Made by a program: the position numbers and the translations under genes. Below the pieces are notes generated by a model. That model had not been told where the DNA came from and did no database searches. It saw only the letters and a program-made list of their open reading frames with translations. This document shows, one piece after another, positions 21,126-32,031 of a stretch of 64,000 bases of DNA (within the stretch, counting starts at the first letter, position 1; each line of letters starts with the position of its first letter). This DNA comes from an uncultured Chthonomonadaceae bacterium (GTDB lineage Bacteria > Armatimonadota > Chthonomonadetes > Chthonomonadales > Chthonomonadaceae). The DNA is taken from the NCBI GenBank assembly GCA_963817895.1, contig CAWFQB010000004.1, positions 320,001 through 384,000 of the forward strand. The letters run 5' to 3'.

Positions 21126-23546
21126 TCAGCGTTTCCAGACATCGTAAGCGCCGCAGCGGTGATCGAACGTGTAGCGCAGGCGGACTGTTTTTCGCGCCGC
21201 CGCGTAAACGTCCGCTGTTTTCAGAGGATACCAGGTTTCAAAGGACTTCCAGGGTTCTTCCGAGGGCAGGAAAACGTAATCCACGGGTTTGGCTGCCAGC
21301 GTTTCCAGGACGCGATTAAGCTGCTTTCTGCTGATAAGACTGGGCAGCATGGGAGCGTAGCGATACCATAGCGGCGCTCCGGTCGCCAGGTAAAGCGAAG
21401 TGTCGTCATTGGAAATAATAGCGACAGTACGGTGTTCCGAGAGTATTTCCTTCACTTCCTTTGCCACTACAGTGTACTGTCCGGCGGCAAGCGCATCCGC
21501 CGCCGTCAGGCGTATGTCGGGCATATTCGGGTACAGGGCGAGCGTGTGCGGATCGTAAGGGCGCAGGAACCGCCGGAACAGATTGGGATAGTTACACGCG
21601 CAGGCGTTGGACAGGTAAAGCGGAACAAATACTGCCGCCATTAAAGGGATCGCGGTCTTATCTGAAATTGCAAATCCCACTTTTCGTTGCTTCGGATTGC
21701 GCGCCGACAGGAGCATCTTCTGCGCAATGGCGGCAAACCGCTGTAAGAATACTGTGAGAATAGTGACAAATCCTAACGCGGCGACATACAAATTCACCGG
21801 ATGGGAGCGGCCCATAAAGTGCAGCAGGGAGCAGGTTCCGTACAAAGCGACACAGACAAGCGCCAGGTCTTCCCGGCAGGATGCGGCCTCGTCGGGGCGT
21901 GGCTTCAAATCCCCATTCGCGCCCGGATTTAAGTCCTGATCGGGACGCGGCTTCAGTCCCGAAGCCGCAGGTGGAATCGGGTGAACCCGCCGCAAAAGAT
22001 GAAAAGCCAGCCCCGACAGCAGAACCGCGCAGAACACGAAACTGAGATTGATTCCGCTGACATGCTCGATCACGGGCATCATGCTGATACCGGCGGGATA
22101 CGCGGTAAAACACTCCATCCATCCTCGCCAGAACGCGCTGTGCCACATCGCGCCGCGACTGCCGACGGCCATACCCGACAGCAACACGCCCGCCGCCAAA
22201 AGCCAGGCAAAAGCGACCGTGTTCCACTTTGACCGGAAAGAACGCGCGGCGTTGAAGGCATACGATCCCGGCTGCCATAAGACGCAATACGCGCCGAATG
22301 TGAACGCGATGTAGATGCCTGTATCGGTTTCAAATAGCAGGGACAGCCCGGCCAGCGCGCCCGCAAGCAGCAGCCAGCCCATGCGCCGGGACTGCTGATG
22401 CAGCAGCAACAGCAGCAGAAACCAGACATCGAAGGGCGCGCGCAAAATCGTGTTGGAGGGCAGTTCCCACACGACCAGCCATTCTCCCGACCAGGCGAAC
22501 ATCTTTAGCCACACCAGGTAAACCACGCCCAGGGTAGACCAGTACGGGTTCAGCCGCAGGCGACGCAAAAAGAGATAAACGCCACAGAAATACAGGCAGG
22601 CGTACAACATTGCGGCCTGAATTAAATGTCCGTAGCCGAGCGCGTAGTACGGATTCAGCCGCGCGAACAGCAGGGGAAGCCCGATGCCGTACTGCGCGTA
22701 TATCTGCGAACATAACGCCCCGCCATGCAGGTAGCCGACCGCAGGCCCCATCACAAAATAGTCCCAGTGATGGAAATGCTCGTTGTGAAAAATATCGCCC
22801 GCCAGCCGTTCCGGGTGGGGAATGTAAATCAACGCGCACAGCAGCAGGGGCGTGAGAACATCCAGCAACCGTCCCCTGCGCGGATTGAGTATGGGAGGCG
22901 TGTCTCGCATTTCCGCCCGCGCGTAGCGTGAAAGCCCCACGCTTAAAATACGCTCCGGCAGGGGCAGGCGCAGGGGACGCTTTCGGCGCAGGCAGAACGT
23001 CAGTCCTGCCGCTTCCAGCGCGAGCGGGAACAGGAGCAGGGCGGCGGCGCGGCGCGGCGAGGGATGCGCGGTCAGAACCAGGCTCCGCGCCGTATAAAAG
23101 GCCGGAACGTACAATGCCATTCCCGCCAGGCTGAACGCCAGATACGCGCTGCACCGTGATAACGCGACGGCATGTTCGGGCGCGGGCGGCGCAGCGTCCG
23201 GGGCGATTGCGTCGGATATTCTCCGCCGGTCGAGCGCGGCCAGCAAAAAACAGAGCAGAACCGTGAGCGCGGAGCCGACGATATACAGGGGAATGTCGCG
23301 TTCCGGGCGATACAACTCCCCGCCCCATTGCGTGAACGCCGCGAGTTCCCCGACGGTAACGGGTTTCGGGCCAAAAAAAAGCAAACCCGCATACAGCAGT
23401 TGAAGGCCAATAAGGACGCCCATGCCGACCGCGCAGGCCCTGCTAAAAGCAAGCAGGGGAGCGGGCAGCGCGGGGGGCAAAGAAGCCTCCATCGTTGCCG
23501 CGCTATCCTGTGTTGCTGTATCGGATTCAGAATTGCCGATGGTCAT
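21126..23546 (-). CDS. Large polytopic membrane protein, probable GT-C-like glycosyltransferase (paralog 1)
   Basis: 806 aa, many TMs, HFHHWDYF, QYGIG, GRSHP; located in the glycan cluster. Function inferred. Confidence 0.65.
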   Translation of the reverse strand: MTIGNSESDTATQDSAATMEASLPPALPAPLLAFSRACAVGMGVLIGLQLLYAGLLFFGPKPVTVGELAAFTQWGGELYRPERDIPLYIVGSALTVLLCFLLAALDRRRISDAIAPDAAPPAPEHAVALSRCSAYLAFSLAGMALYVPAFYTARSLVLTAHPSPRRAAALLLFPLALEAAGLTFCLRRKRPLRLPLPERILSVGLSRYARAEMRDTPPILNPRRGRLLDVLTPLLLCALIYIPHPERLAGDIFHNEHFHHWDYFVMGPAVGYLHGGALCSQIYAQYGIGLPLLFARLNPYYALGYGHLIQAAMLYACLYFCGVYLFLRRLRLNPYWSTLGVVYLVWLKMFAWSGEWLVVWELPSNTILRAPFDVWFLLLLLLHQQSRRMGWLLLAGALAGLSLLFETDTGIYIAFTFGAYCVLWQPGSYAFNAARSFRSKWNTVAFAWLLAAGVLLSGMAVGSRGAMWHSAFWRGWMECFTAYPAGISMMPVIEHVSGINLSFVFCAVLLSGLAFHLLRRVHPIPPAASGLKPRPDQDLNPGANGDLKPRPDEAASCREDLALVCVALYGTCSLLHFMGRSHPVNLYVAALGFVTILTVFLQRFAAIAQKMLLSARNPKQRKVGFAISDKTAIPLMAAVFVPLYLSNACACNYPNLFRRFLRPYDPHTLALYPNMPDIRLTAADALAAGQYTVVAKEVKEILSEHRTVAIISNDDTSLYLATGAPLWYRYAPMLPSLISRKQLNRVLETLAAKPVDYVFLPSEEPWKSFETWYPLKTADVYAAARKTVRLRYTFDHRCGAYDVWKR

Positions 23547-23579
23547 AATTGAGCCTGCGCGCGTTTCAAAAGGCGGCTC

Positions 23580-26025
23580 CTAACGCTTCCACACTTCGTA
23601 AATGCCCGCTGTATGATCGAACGTGTAGTGCCGCGCGGTGAACTGCCGCAGCTCGCGCCATACATCCGTTGTATACAGGGCGAGAGGATGCCAGGCGACA
23701 AAAGTTGTGGACGGCGTGGCGGCCTCGATACAAACATAGTCCACACGGTCGGCCAGCAGCGCGGACTCGGCGCGCGTCAACTGCGCTTTGGTCATCAGGT
23801 TCGGGTACAGCGGCGAGTAGCGAAACCAGGGCGTGGCCCCGGAAGCCAGGTACAGCCAGGTTTCGTCATTGGCGAGAATGGCGACTTTTTTGCCCTGTGA
23901 TTCCCATTGCCGCGCTTCCTCAATGACAGGCGCGTACTGCTGAAGTTTGGGCAGAACTGAGCGCGGCAGTGTGACGCCGCTGCCAGGATACAGCGTTATG
24001 GCAGTGGTGTCGACATGCCCCACAAAGCGGGGCCACATCGCCACATGCGGGTCCCCTTTGCGTCCGCTGTCGTCTATGTACAGGCTGATTTCACGCGGCG
24101 GGTCCGGCTTCAGCAGCAGGCGGATGCAGTTGGGATAGGCGCGAACGTGCGGCTCATGCCACCAGGTAAACAGCCCGAACAGGCAGCACGCTCCCCAACC
24201 AATCCGCGTGATTTTAATTCCGGCGAAGTATTCCTGTCCCCCGCGCAGGGCGTATTGCGTGAGGGTATGCAGGCCCGTGACGCCGAGAAGCAGAAAGCCC
24301 AAAAAGCCGACATGCAGATTGGTGGGGTGCGAACGCCCCATAAAGTGCAGCATGGAACAGGTTCCATACAGGGCCACGCACAACAGCGCCAGATGCGGAC
24401 GGAACGCCGAACTCTCTTCCCCCTCATCCGTTGAAATCTCTTCCGCGCTGTCGGCTGAAATAGTTTTCTCATCCTGCCGCTCATGCAATCGGTGAAAATA
24501 GTAGCACAGGGCGAACAGATACACCCCGACCAGAATCATGCCGTAAAACATACCACTCATGTACTGCGCGACGGGAACCATACTCAGCCCGTTGGGATAC
24601 GCGGTGAAACATTCGATCCAGCCGCGCCAGAACGCCGCCTGACCTATCGTGCCGCGACTGGCAATCGCCATGCCGCTCAGAAACATGCCCGAAAACAGCA
24701 GCCACGCGCCTCCAACCATTGCCATTCGTCCGGCAAAGGAACCCGCATGGGCTTCACGCCTAACGCCGCGCAGGTAGAAGACGCTGTAAACGACAAAGGT
24801 AAAGGTGATGTAAACGCCCGTATCGGTTTCAAACAGCAGCGACAATCCGGCCAACGCGCCCGCAAACAGCAGCCAGCCCATGCGCCGGGATTGCTGATGC
24901 AGCAGCAGGACAAGCAGAAACCAGATGTCGAACGGGCCGCGCAAAACCGTGTTCGAGGGCAACTGGTAGGGGGGAAACCATACCGTTGTCCAGTTGAAAA
25001 GTTTGTAAAAGGCAAAGATAAACGCGCCAAGCGCGGCCCATCGCGGACTGCGCAACAGCAGGCGCAGGAACAGATACACGCCGCACAGATAAAAACAGGT
25101 GTAGATGTTGGTGAACTGAAAGATGTGGCCGTAGCTCAAACGATAGATCGGATTCAGCAGGGCGAACAGCAGGGGGAAGCCGATACCGTACTGGCTGTAT
25201 ACCTGCGTGTTGAGCGCCTGCCCGTGAATATAGCCGAGCGCGGGCGCGGTGACAAAATAGTCCCAGTGGTGAAAATGCTCGGATTGAAACACGAACCCGG
25301 CCATGATGTCCGCGCGCGGGCTGTAAAAAAACAGCCAGATTAGAAACAGAAAACCCGCGTCGCGCCAGTTCCAGGCCGTTCCCGCAGCAGGCGAATCGCC
25401 GGTATTTGAGCAGGGACGATTCTCTTCGCCTTTGCGAATCAGGGTTTCCAGCATCCGCCGGACACGCGCTAAAAATCCCGATTCCATTCCATTGCGGCCC
25501 AACAGCCAGAGGAAGCAGGCGATTTCCACCCACACGGGCAGCGTCATGACCAATTCGCCCGCAACCCAGTGCGGTCTGAGCATCCGCGCCAGCCGTTTGG
25601 CCGTGAAAAACCAGAGCGGATTGACAAGGGTTGCCGTCAGCGCAAGGGTCAGGTTCGCGGCGATATTGCCCACCGTAAACCGATATTTGTTTTCCGGGGA
25701 TAGGGACGCATAGCGTCGGTTCCACAGGAGCATCATCGCGTAACAGGCGGCAAAAGTCAGCCCGCAAAAGACGATGTACAGCGGAATGTCGCGCTCAGGA
25801 TGGTAATTCTCCTGTCCCCATGCGGTAAAGATAGCCACATCGGCGGGTTTGGGTTGTTTGAAGCCCAGGCAGAAACAGCGCGGAAAACAGCAGATGGACG
25901 CCGAAGAGAACGCCCGTCCAGACAACCGCAACGGTACGAAACCGCGCCAGTTGCGGGGACAGCGTGGTGTTTACTGAAGGCGCGTCGCTTCCGGCGGCGG
26001 ATTCATGGGAAAGCCTGCTCATCAT
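23580..26025 (-). CDS. Large polytopic membrane protein, probable GT-C-like glycosyltransferase (paralog 2), frameshift near 25865
   Basis: Shares PERDIPLYI, EHFHHWDYFV, LHQQSRRMGWLL, LLFETDTG and LHFMGRSHP with paralog 1; N-terminus in ORF 25795..26025. Confidence 0.65.
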
Positions 26026-26034
26026 ACTTCCTTG

Positions 26035-26943
26035 TTACGCAGCGGCCAGAGCGGCCAGAATGGAGTCGGGGTCAAGCCCGCTTTCCCTGCGATGATAGAC
26101 CTGTGAACCGTATTTGCCGGAAAGATACCCCACCGCGCAGTGGTGCGTGAATTTAGCCGGAGCCTGTCCCATTTGCAGCAGCAGGTGCGCCAATCCCTGA
26201 CCCGCGCCCCCCTGCGCCACATGTTCCTCAATCACAAACAGATGCCCTGACTGTTTGATGTCCGTCAGCAGCATCGGGGGCAGCGTATCGGCGCGAAAAG
26301 GGAGTTCGGTCGCCACCCAGAAGTTCGGACGTTGTTCGTCCGGCAGCGCGGCAAGGGGTTCGAGAAAACTGCCTGCCAGCGGTCCGACAACAACGAGGGT
26401 CGGTCCACCGCCCTGAAGCAGCCGCCGCCAGGGAGCATAGGGGGGGAGCGTAAAGTCTGCGGGTTTCTCGTCGCGTCCCAGGCGCAGGTACGCGGGATGC
26501 TGGAATTCGCGCAGCGTTTCCACGATGGGCGGCACGTCCGCGCCGAAAGCGGGTACAAAGGCATGCATGTTGCGCAGGCACAGCATCGCGCCGTAATCTT
26601 CCAGCGCGTGGTGTGTGCCGCCCATCACGCCGTAGCCGTAGCCGCCGCCGTTGCCGACGAGTTTCACGGGCAGGTCGTGCAGGCAAACGTCGTTGCGTAT
26701 CTGCTCGAAAGGACGGGCGTAGACAAACGGGGCGATGCTGTACGCCCAGGGGCGCAATCCGGTCGCCGCCATGCCCGCCGCCACAGAAATCATGTTCTGC
26801 TCGGCCACGCCCGCGTTGATAAAGCGCGAACCGGCGGCTTCCATCAGGGGTTCCAGAGCGTTGTAGCCCAAATCTCCCGTTAAAAACACAAAGCGCGGAT
26901 CATCGGCGCATTTTACCAGACTGGCGCTTACTTCATTACGCAT
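26035..26943 (-). CDS. Transketolase-like, pyrimidine-binding/C-terminal subunit
   Basis: FLTGDLG, GVAEQNM, FEQIRNDVC, GGTHHALED, YLRLG, IEEH. Confidence 0.92.
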   Translation of the reverse strand: MRNEVSASLVKCADDPRFVFLTGDLGYNALEPLMEAAGSRFINAGVAEQNMISVAAGMAATGLRPWAYSIAPFVYARPFEQIRNDVCLHDLPVKLVGNGGGYGYGVMGGTHHALEDYGAMLCLRNMHAFVPAFGADVPPIVETLREFQHPAYLRLGRDEKPADFTLPPYAPWRRLLQGGGPTLVVVGPLAGSFLEPLAALPDEQRPNFWVATELPFRADTLPPMLLTDIKQSGHLFVIEEHVAQGGAGQGLAHLLLQMGQAPAKFTHHCAVGYLSGKYGSQVYHRRESGLDPDSILAALAAA

Positions 26944-26960
26944 AACCGCCTGCCTCCCAT

Positions 26961-26994
26961 CCGAACACCGAACACCGAACACCGAACACCGAAC
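26961..26994. repeat. Heptamer tandem (CCGAACA)x4-5 between the transketolase subunits
   Basis: ccgaacaccgaacaccgaacaccgaacaccgaac; no partner arm seen. Confidence 0.85.
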
Positions 26995-26999
26995 GAGGT

Positions 27000-27779
27000 T
27001 CATTCCGCATTGCCGCACACCTCCAGAATGGCCTGCGCGTAGTGTTCCGCGTTCATGGGCAGGTAGTGCCATTCCATTTTGTTTTCCATGAAGCTGACGC
27101 CCGAACCCTTGCTGGTTTTCGCCACGATTGCTTTCAGGCCGTCCGGCGCATTGGAAAGCGCAGCCGTCAACGCCTTGCAGTCGTGTCCGTCCACTTCCTG
27201 CACGTCCGGTACGCCGAAGGCGCGGAACCGCTCGGCAAGCGATCCCTGACTGGCAATCTCCTGCGTGCTTCCAAACCCTTGCAGGCCGTTGGTATCCACA
27301 ATCAGGGTAATGGGGAGTTTGTTGTGCGCGGCGAAAATCAGGGCTTCCCAGTTAGAGCCTTCCTGCCATTCGCCGTCCGACAGCAGGCAATACACTCGCC
27401 CCGGCTGATTTTGAAGCTGCTTGCCCATCGCGATTCCCGCTGACAGCGAAAGGCCGTGACCCAAACTGCCGGTCGCGAACGGGATATGCGGCAGGTGGTT
27501 GGGGGCGGGATGCCCGCTGAGTTTGGTGTCGTCTTTGTGGAACTGGCGCAGGTCGTCGTCTTCCAGAACGCCCAACGACCACAGCGTTACGTACAGCGCC
27601 CCGGCGGAGTGGCCTTTGGAAAGCACGAACACGTCGTCGGCCTGCATGATGTTGTGATGCAGCACCATCATGGCGTCCAGACAGGACAGGTTGCCGCCGA
27701 TGTGGCCCACTTTGCTCTCATAGTGCATTTGCAGCAGGCGGCGTTTCGCCGCGCTGATGACTTGAACGATGTCTGGCAT
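27000..27779 (-). CDS. Transketolase-like, TPP-binding N-terminal subunit
   Basis: GHIGGNLS, LSKGH, TGSLGHG, SDGEWQEGSNWEA...N TPP motif. Confidence 0.92.
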   Translation of the reverse strand: MPDIVQVISAAKRRLLQMHYESKVGHIGGNLSCLDAMMVLHHNIMQADDVFVLSKGHSAGALYVTLWSLGVLEDDDLRQFHKDDTKLSGHPAPNHLPHIPFATGSLGHGLSLSAGIAMGKQLQNQPGRVYCLLSDGEWQEGSNWEALIFAAHNKLPITLIVDTNGLQGFGSTQEIASQGSLAERFRAFGVPDVQEVDGHDCKALTAALSNAPDGLKAIVAKTSKGSGVSFMENKMEWHYLPMNAEHYAQAILEVCGNAE

Positions 27780-27961
27780 AAAAATGGTTTCTCCCGAAAA
27801 ATGGCAGGAAGAGAAGCGTGGCTACAGTATGATAAAAGCGGAATTGATGTAACGCTTGGGTTGACGGCGGGACGCGAACGCATCCAAAATACATCGCAGC
27901 AGACCGCAAATCGGGGGAAGAACTTGCGCGGATAAAGCCGTCAACAAAACACAATGCGCTT

Positions 27962-27992
27962 AGTATACCACACAGCGCGGCAGACACTTCAA
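27962..27992 (-). promoter_or_regulatory. Putative sigma70 extended -10 promoter for the glycan cluster
   Basis: Minus strand TTGAAG-N19-TATACT, with TG one base upstream of the -10 box. Confidence 0.45.
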
Positions 27993-28188
27993 TAAGCGGA
28001 AGGCGTATTCAGGGCCGGCGTATATAAATGAAAAAAGAGTATGTAGAGACAGCGTCGAAATAGTGGCAATGCAGCGCTTCCAGCCCAGTGTCTCGTTGTG
28101 TCAAGTTGTAAGAAGAGGCGTCGTGACCTCATGCGCGTCAGGGCGAACGAGAAGTATATACAGGCATCTTCCAGCACCTCCCTTCCGG

Positions 28189-28232
28189 GTTAGTTAATAG
28201 TTGATAGTTGAGAAGAACTCCAAACTTTCAAC
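28189..28232. repeat. Degenerate heptamer hairpin (TAGTTGA)n...TCAAC
   Basis: gttagttaatagttgatagttgag...ctttcaac; same unit as 63170-63217. Confidence 0.55.
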
Positions 28233-28544
28233 GTCCCGCCACCTGGCTTGTTAGCATACCTGTTAGTAGACATGCGTAAGTTCTTAGACGAGGTAAATGC
28301 AACGGGAGTTCGATTGTTCTACTGATAATGTAGATAAATTTCTACATTTTTGCGCGTTCTTTCTAAATCTGGCAATCAGGAGGAGGGGGCAGGCGCAAGG
28401 CATTGGCGAATGTGCCACGACGAGATAGGTGTTGAGCATTTTTGACGCATCGGCTCTGGAAGGCGTATTCTCGCGGCAACAATCCTGTGTACCTTGATAA
28501 TAGAGGAAAATCAGGGGTAAACTAACACTATTAGAAATTTCACG

Positions 28545-28859
28545 ATGCCGAAAAATAATATGCCTTTTCGTCAACGCCTGCGTAAAGCCTTTAGCGCTGC
28601 AAATGCCGCTATGACGCCCGCCTTCATGGTTCGCAGTATGCTCCGATCAATTACGATTGTCGGCGCTGCTTGCATAGCGATGCTGGTTACGGGTTTGGAG
28701 CCGTTTGTAGGGACATTCGTAAAAGCGCATGGCTGGTTGATACTCAAAACGTTTGCAGTCTACATCGTATTTTATCCAATCTCCTATTTAATCACGCGCT
28801 TTACGTATGCGTTTTCTCAAGGCTTATTTGGCGTTGGCTTGCCCGATGAATCCGATTAA
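28545..28859 (+). CDS. Small hypothetical membrane protein
   Basis: 104-aa ORF with two hydrophobic helices. Confidence 0.5.
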   Translation: MPKNNMPFRQRLRKAFSAANAAMTPAFMVRSMLRSITIVGAACIAMLVTGLEPFVGTFVKAHGWLILKTFAVYIVFYPISYLITRFTYAFSQGLFGVGLPDESD

Positions 28860-28997
28860 GACAAGCCTGAAAGTAATCAGCGAAACCTTGCCCGCTTCGT
28901 CAGAGTAGTTATTGAAGAGGGCGGCATTACGAACTGACGCTATGCAGACGAGCAGTTGTCTGCGCTAACTCGCCGACGCGCCTCCTTGAACAACATC

Positions 28998-29948
28998 ATG
29001 CCCGTTGCAACTATCTCTAATTTAACCGTGCGCTATGGCGCGAAAACGGCGGTCAATGATCTCAGCGTGGAAATTCCTGAAGGCTGTGTCGGGCTGTTGG
29101 GGCCGAACGGCGCGGGCAAAACCACGCTGATTAAGACCCTGCTTGGTTTTGTGCAGCCGTCGAGCGGGAGCGGGCAGGTGCTGGGCTTCAATGTGGCGAC
29201 GCAGGGTTTGGCGCTGCGGCAGCAAATCGGCCTGATGCCTGAAATTGACTGCCATATACCGGGCATGAACGCCGTAACATTTGTGGCGTATGCGGGCGAA
29301 CTGGCCGGGATGCCCGCCAAACACGCCCTGCGCCGCGCCCACGAAGTGCTGGAATACTGCGGCCTGAACGAAGCGCGGTATCGCAATGTGGAGACGTATT
29401 CGACGGGCATGAAGCAGCGCATCAAACTGGCGCAGGCGCTTGTGCATGGGCCGAAACTGCTGTTTCTGGACGAACCCTCCAACGGGCTTGACCCGGCGGG
29501 ACGGGATGAGATGCTGGCCCTTGTGCGCGACATTTCGCATGGCAAGGGTGTCAACGTGATTGTCTCCTCTCACCTTCTGCCCGACATCGAGCGGACGTGC
29601 GACAGCCTGATTGTGATGCGCAAGGGGCAGATCGCTTCAGAAGGCACAATCGAAAGTTTACGGGAAACGCAGGGAACGCAAATTGTCGTGACCCTGCGCG
29701 AAACCTCTGCCGCGTTTGTGCAGTCCATGCAAAGGCGCGGCGCGGAAATCCTGCACGAGAGCGGCAGCCTGCTGCGTTTCGGTCTGACCCCGCCCCAAAA
29801 ACAGCAGGTCGGCGATATGGTGTTTGAAGTGTTGCCCGAAGTGGGTAAAATGGTGTTTGAAGCCGCCCGCGAGTCGGGGGCGCAGGTGCGCGGTTTTCAG
29901 CCCGCGCAAAAGTCACTGGAAGACATATTTATGGGAGCCGTGGATTGA
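28998..29948 (+). CDS. ABC transporter ATP-binding protein
   Basis: GPNGAGKT, YSTGMKQR, LFLDEP, SSH, SLEDIF tail. Confidence 0.92.
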   Translation: MPVATISNLTVRYGAKTAVNDLSVEIPEGCVGLLGPNGAGKTTLIKTLLGFVQPSSGSGQVLGFNVATQGLALRQQIGLMPEIDCHIPGMNAVTFVAYAGELAGMPAKHALRRAHEVLEYCGLNEARYRNVETYSTGMKQRIKLAQALVHGPKLLFLDEPSNGLDPAGRDEMLALVRDISHGKGVNVIVSSHLLPDIERTCDSLIVMRKGQIASEGTIESLRETQGTQIVVTLRETSAAFVQSMQRRGAEILHESGSLLRFGLTPPQKQQVGDMVFEVLPEVGKMVFEAARESGAQVRGFQPAQKSLEDIFMGAVD

Positions 29949-30948
29949 ACATTCCCCCCGCGCAAAACGCTTCTCTTTCTCCGGCTTCCATTGCGTTGAA
30001 CGGAGGTAATCCCGCCGCGCAGTTGGCTTCGCCCATTGCCGACCTGACGTACCGCAACTACGACGGGCCGCTGAAAACGCGGGCGGTTCGCTGGTGGATC
30101 GTGGCCGTGTCCGGGCTGCGGCAGGCGTTTCGCAAGCCCGGTTTCTGGATCAGCGTCGTCTTGTGCGCCCTGCCCTGTTTCTTCATCGCGCTGATGCTAT
30201 ATTTTCAGGGGATGGCCGGACTGATGCCGCGCGGCGCAGCCGCCAACGTTGCCGAAGAGGGGGGCATATTCGCCCGCCGTTTTTTCAGGTGATGCAGATT
30301 CAAGGGTTGTTCGTGTTTATCGTCGCTTTGAATGTCGGCGCGGGCAGCATTGCCGCAGATAATGGCGCGAACGCCCTGCTTGTCTATCTGTCCAAGCCGC
30401 TTACAAAAGGGGATTACCTGCTCGGCAAGTGGATGGCGCTGTTTCTGCTGATCTTTGGCGCGATTGCGATTCCCAACCTGCTGCTGTACGTGTTCTGCCT
30501 GCTGATGTTTTTGAAGGACGGTTTTCTCAGCAACGAACCCCTGCTGATAGGCCGCGTGTTGCTGGCCTGCGCGGTTCCGGGCGCGTTGTATGCCAGTCTG
30601 CTGGTGGGCGTGTCGGCGTGGTCGAAGTCGACGCGAGCGGCAGGCGGAATGATCGCCGCGCTGTATTTTCTGAGTCTTTTTTTATCCGCCCGATTGTTCG
30701 TCATTTTTACCCTGAAAACGCATGAGCCTACGGACGCCCAATTGCTGCTGCAAAATGCGTCGCTACAGGGAATTATCAGTGGACTGGCGCAGCACATCTA
30801 CGGGCTGGCATCGCGGCATATAGGCCGGGGCATGAATGTTGCCGCCGCCCCTTTGTGGCCCCTGCTGCTGGTGTTCGCGGTCATTGTTGCATTGGGCATC
30901 GGGGCGGCGCGGGCCAAAGTGAAGGCTGTGGAGGTAGTGCGCGGATGA
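29945..30948 (+). CDS. ABC-2 type permease, frameshift near 30275
   Basis: PIADLTYRNYDGPL N-terminus; YLSKPLTKGDYLLGK motif; multiple TMs. Confidence 0.8.
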
Positions 30949-31865
30949 TTACCCTGCAAAACGCTTCCCGCTGGTACAAGCAGGTGCTTGGCGTCAATGA
31001 TATTACGTGCCAGATAGGGCCGGGTATTACGGCCCTGCTCGGACCCAATGGCGCGGGCAAATCCACGATGCTGAAACTGATTACGGGGCAGTTGCGGCCC
31101 ACGACGGGCAGGGTTCAGGTTTTCAACATGGCCCCGTTCGCCAACCCCGCCGTATACCGCCGATTGGGGTACTGCCCGGAAATCGAAGAGAATTATACGG
31201 AAATGACCGGGCGCGATTTTGTCACCTTGCTGGCGGCGATGGGCGGCATACCCACAAATAAGCGAACGCAGCGCGTCAGTGAAGTGATTGAAACGGTTGG
31301 CATGACAGCGAACGCGGATCGCAAAATCGGCGGCTACTCGAAGGGGATGCGGCAGCGCATCAAAGTGGCGCAGGGCATTGTCCATGATCCCGATGTGCTG
31401 ATACTGGACGAGCCGCTCAACGGGCTTGATCCGGTCGGGCGGCGCGACATGGGCGTACTCCTGCACAGTCTCGCCGCGCAGGGCAAATGTATCCTGATTT
31501 CCAGCCATATTCTGTACGAAGTGGAGCAACTCACCCGCAACATTATCTTGTTGAGCAAGGGGCGGCTGATGGCGCAGGGCGATATTTACGCCATTCGTGG
31601 CCTGATTGACCGTCACCCGCACCACATTGCCATTACGACGAACCGCGCCCGCGAACTGGGCAAGCATCTTCTGGACATGCCTTATATACTCAGCGTCCGC
31701 TTCAACGCGACGGACGCCACGCAACTCGAAATCGAAACCCATTCGCCCGATCTGTTTTACACGCAGTTTCCCGACATCGCGCTGGCAGGCGGCTACGACA
31801 TCAGCAGTTTCGACTCGCCCGACAACAATCTCGAATCTGTCTTCAAATATCTGGTGAACGGGTAA
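30945..31865 (+). CDS. ABC transporter ATP-binding protein
   Basis: GPNGAGKS, YSKGMRQR, LILDEP, SSH; ATGA overlap. Confidence 0.92.
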   Translation: MITLQNASRWYKQVLGVNDITCQIGPGITALLGPNGAGKSTMLKLITGQLRPTTGRVQVFNMAPFANPAVYRRLGYCPEIEENYTEMTGRDFVTLLAAMGGIPTNKRTQRVSEVIETVGMTANADRKIGGYSKGMRQRIKVAQGIVHDPDVLILDEPLNGLDPVGRRDMGVLLHSLAAQGKCILISSHILYEVEQLTRNIILLSKGRLMAQGDIYAIRGLIDRHPHHIAITTNRARELGKHLLDMPYILSVRFNATDATQLEIETHSPDLFYTQFPDIALAGGYDISSFDSPDNNLESVFKYLVNG

Positions 31866-31867
31866 AA

Positions 31868-31945
31868 GCCCTCAACCCCGCTTGTTTTGAATACACCTCA
31901 CCCCCGGCCCCTCTCCTTGCCGCGCAACGCGCTAGGAGAGGGGAG
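31868..31945. repeat. REP-like CCCTC(A)ACCCC palindromic element
   Basis: agccctcaacccc, then cctcacccccggcccctctcct...aggagaggggag, just after a stop codon. Confidence 0.75.
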
Positions 31946-32031
31946 GCGCGTTGATAAAGGGTTGTGGATGAAGTTCATAACTTCTTCTCCCATAACAGGA
32001 TGGGAGGAGGGGAACTTTTGAGAATTATTTT

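Noticed and set aside
27989..28574. Short ORFs or an ncRNA in the long intergenic region
   Set aside because: No recognisable motif, family or convincing structure.
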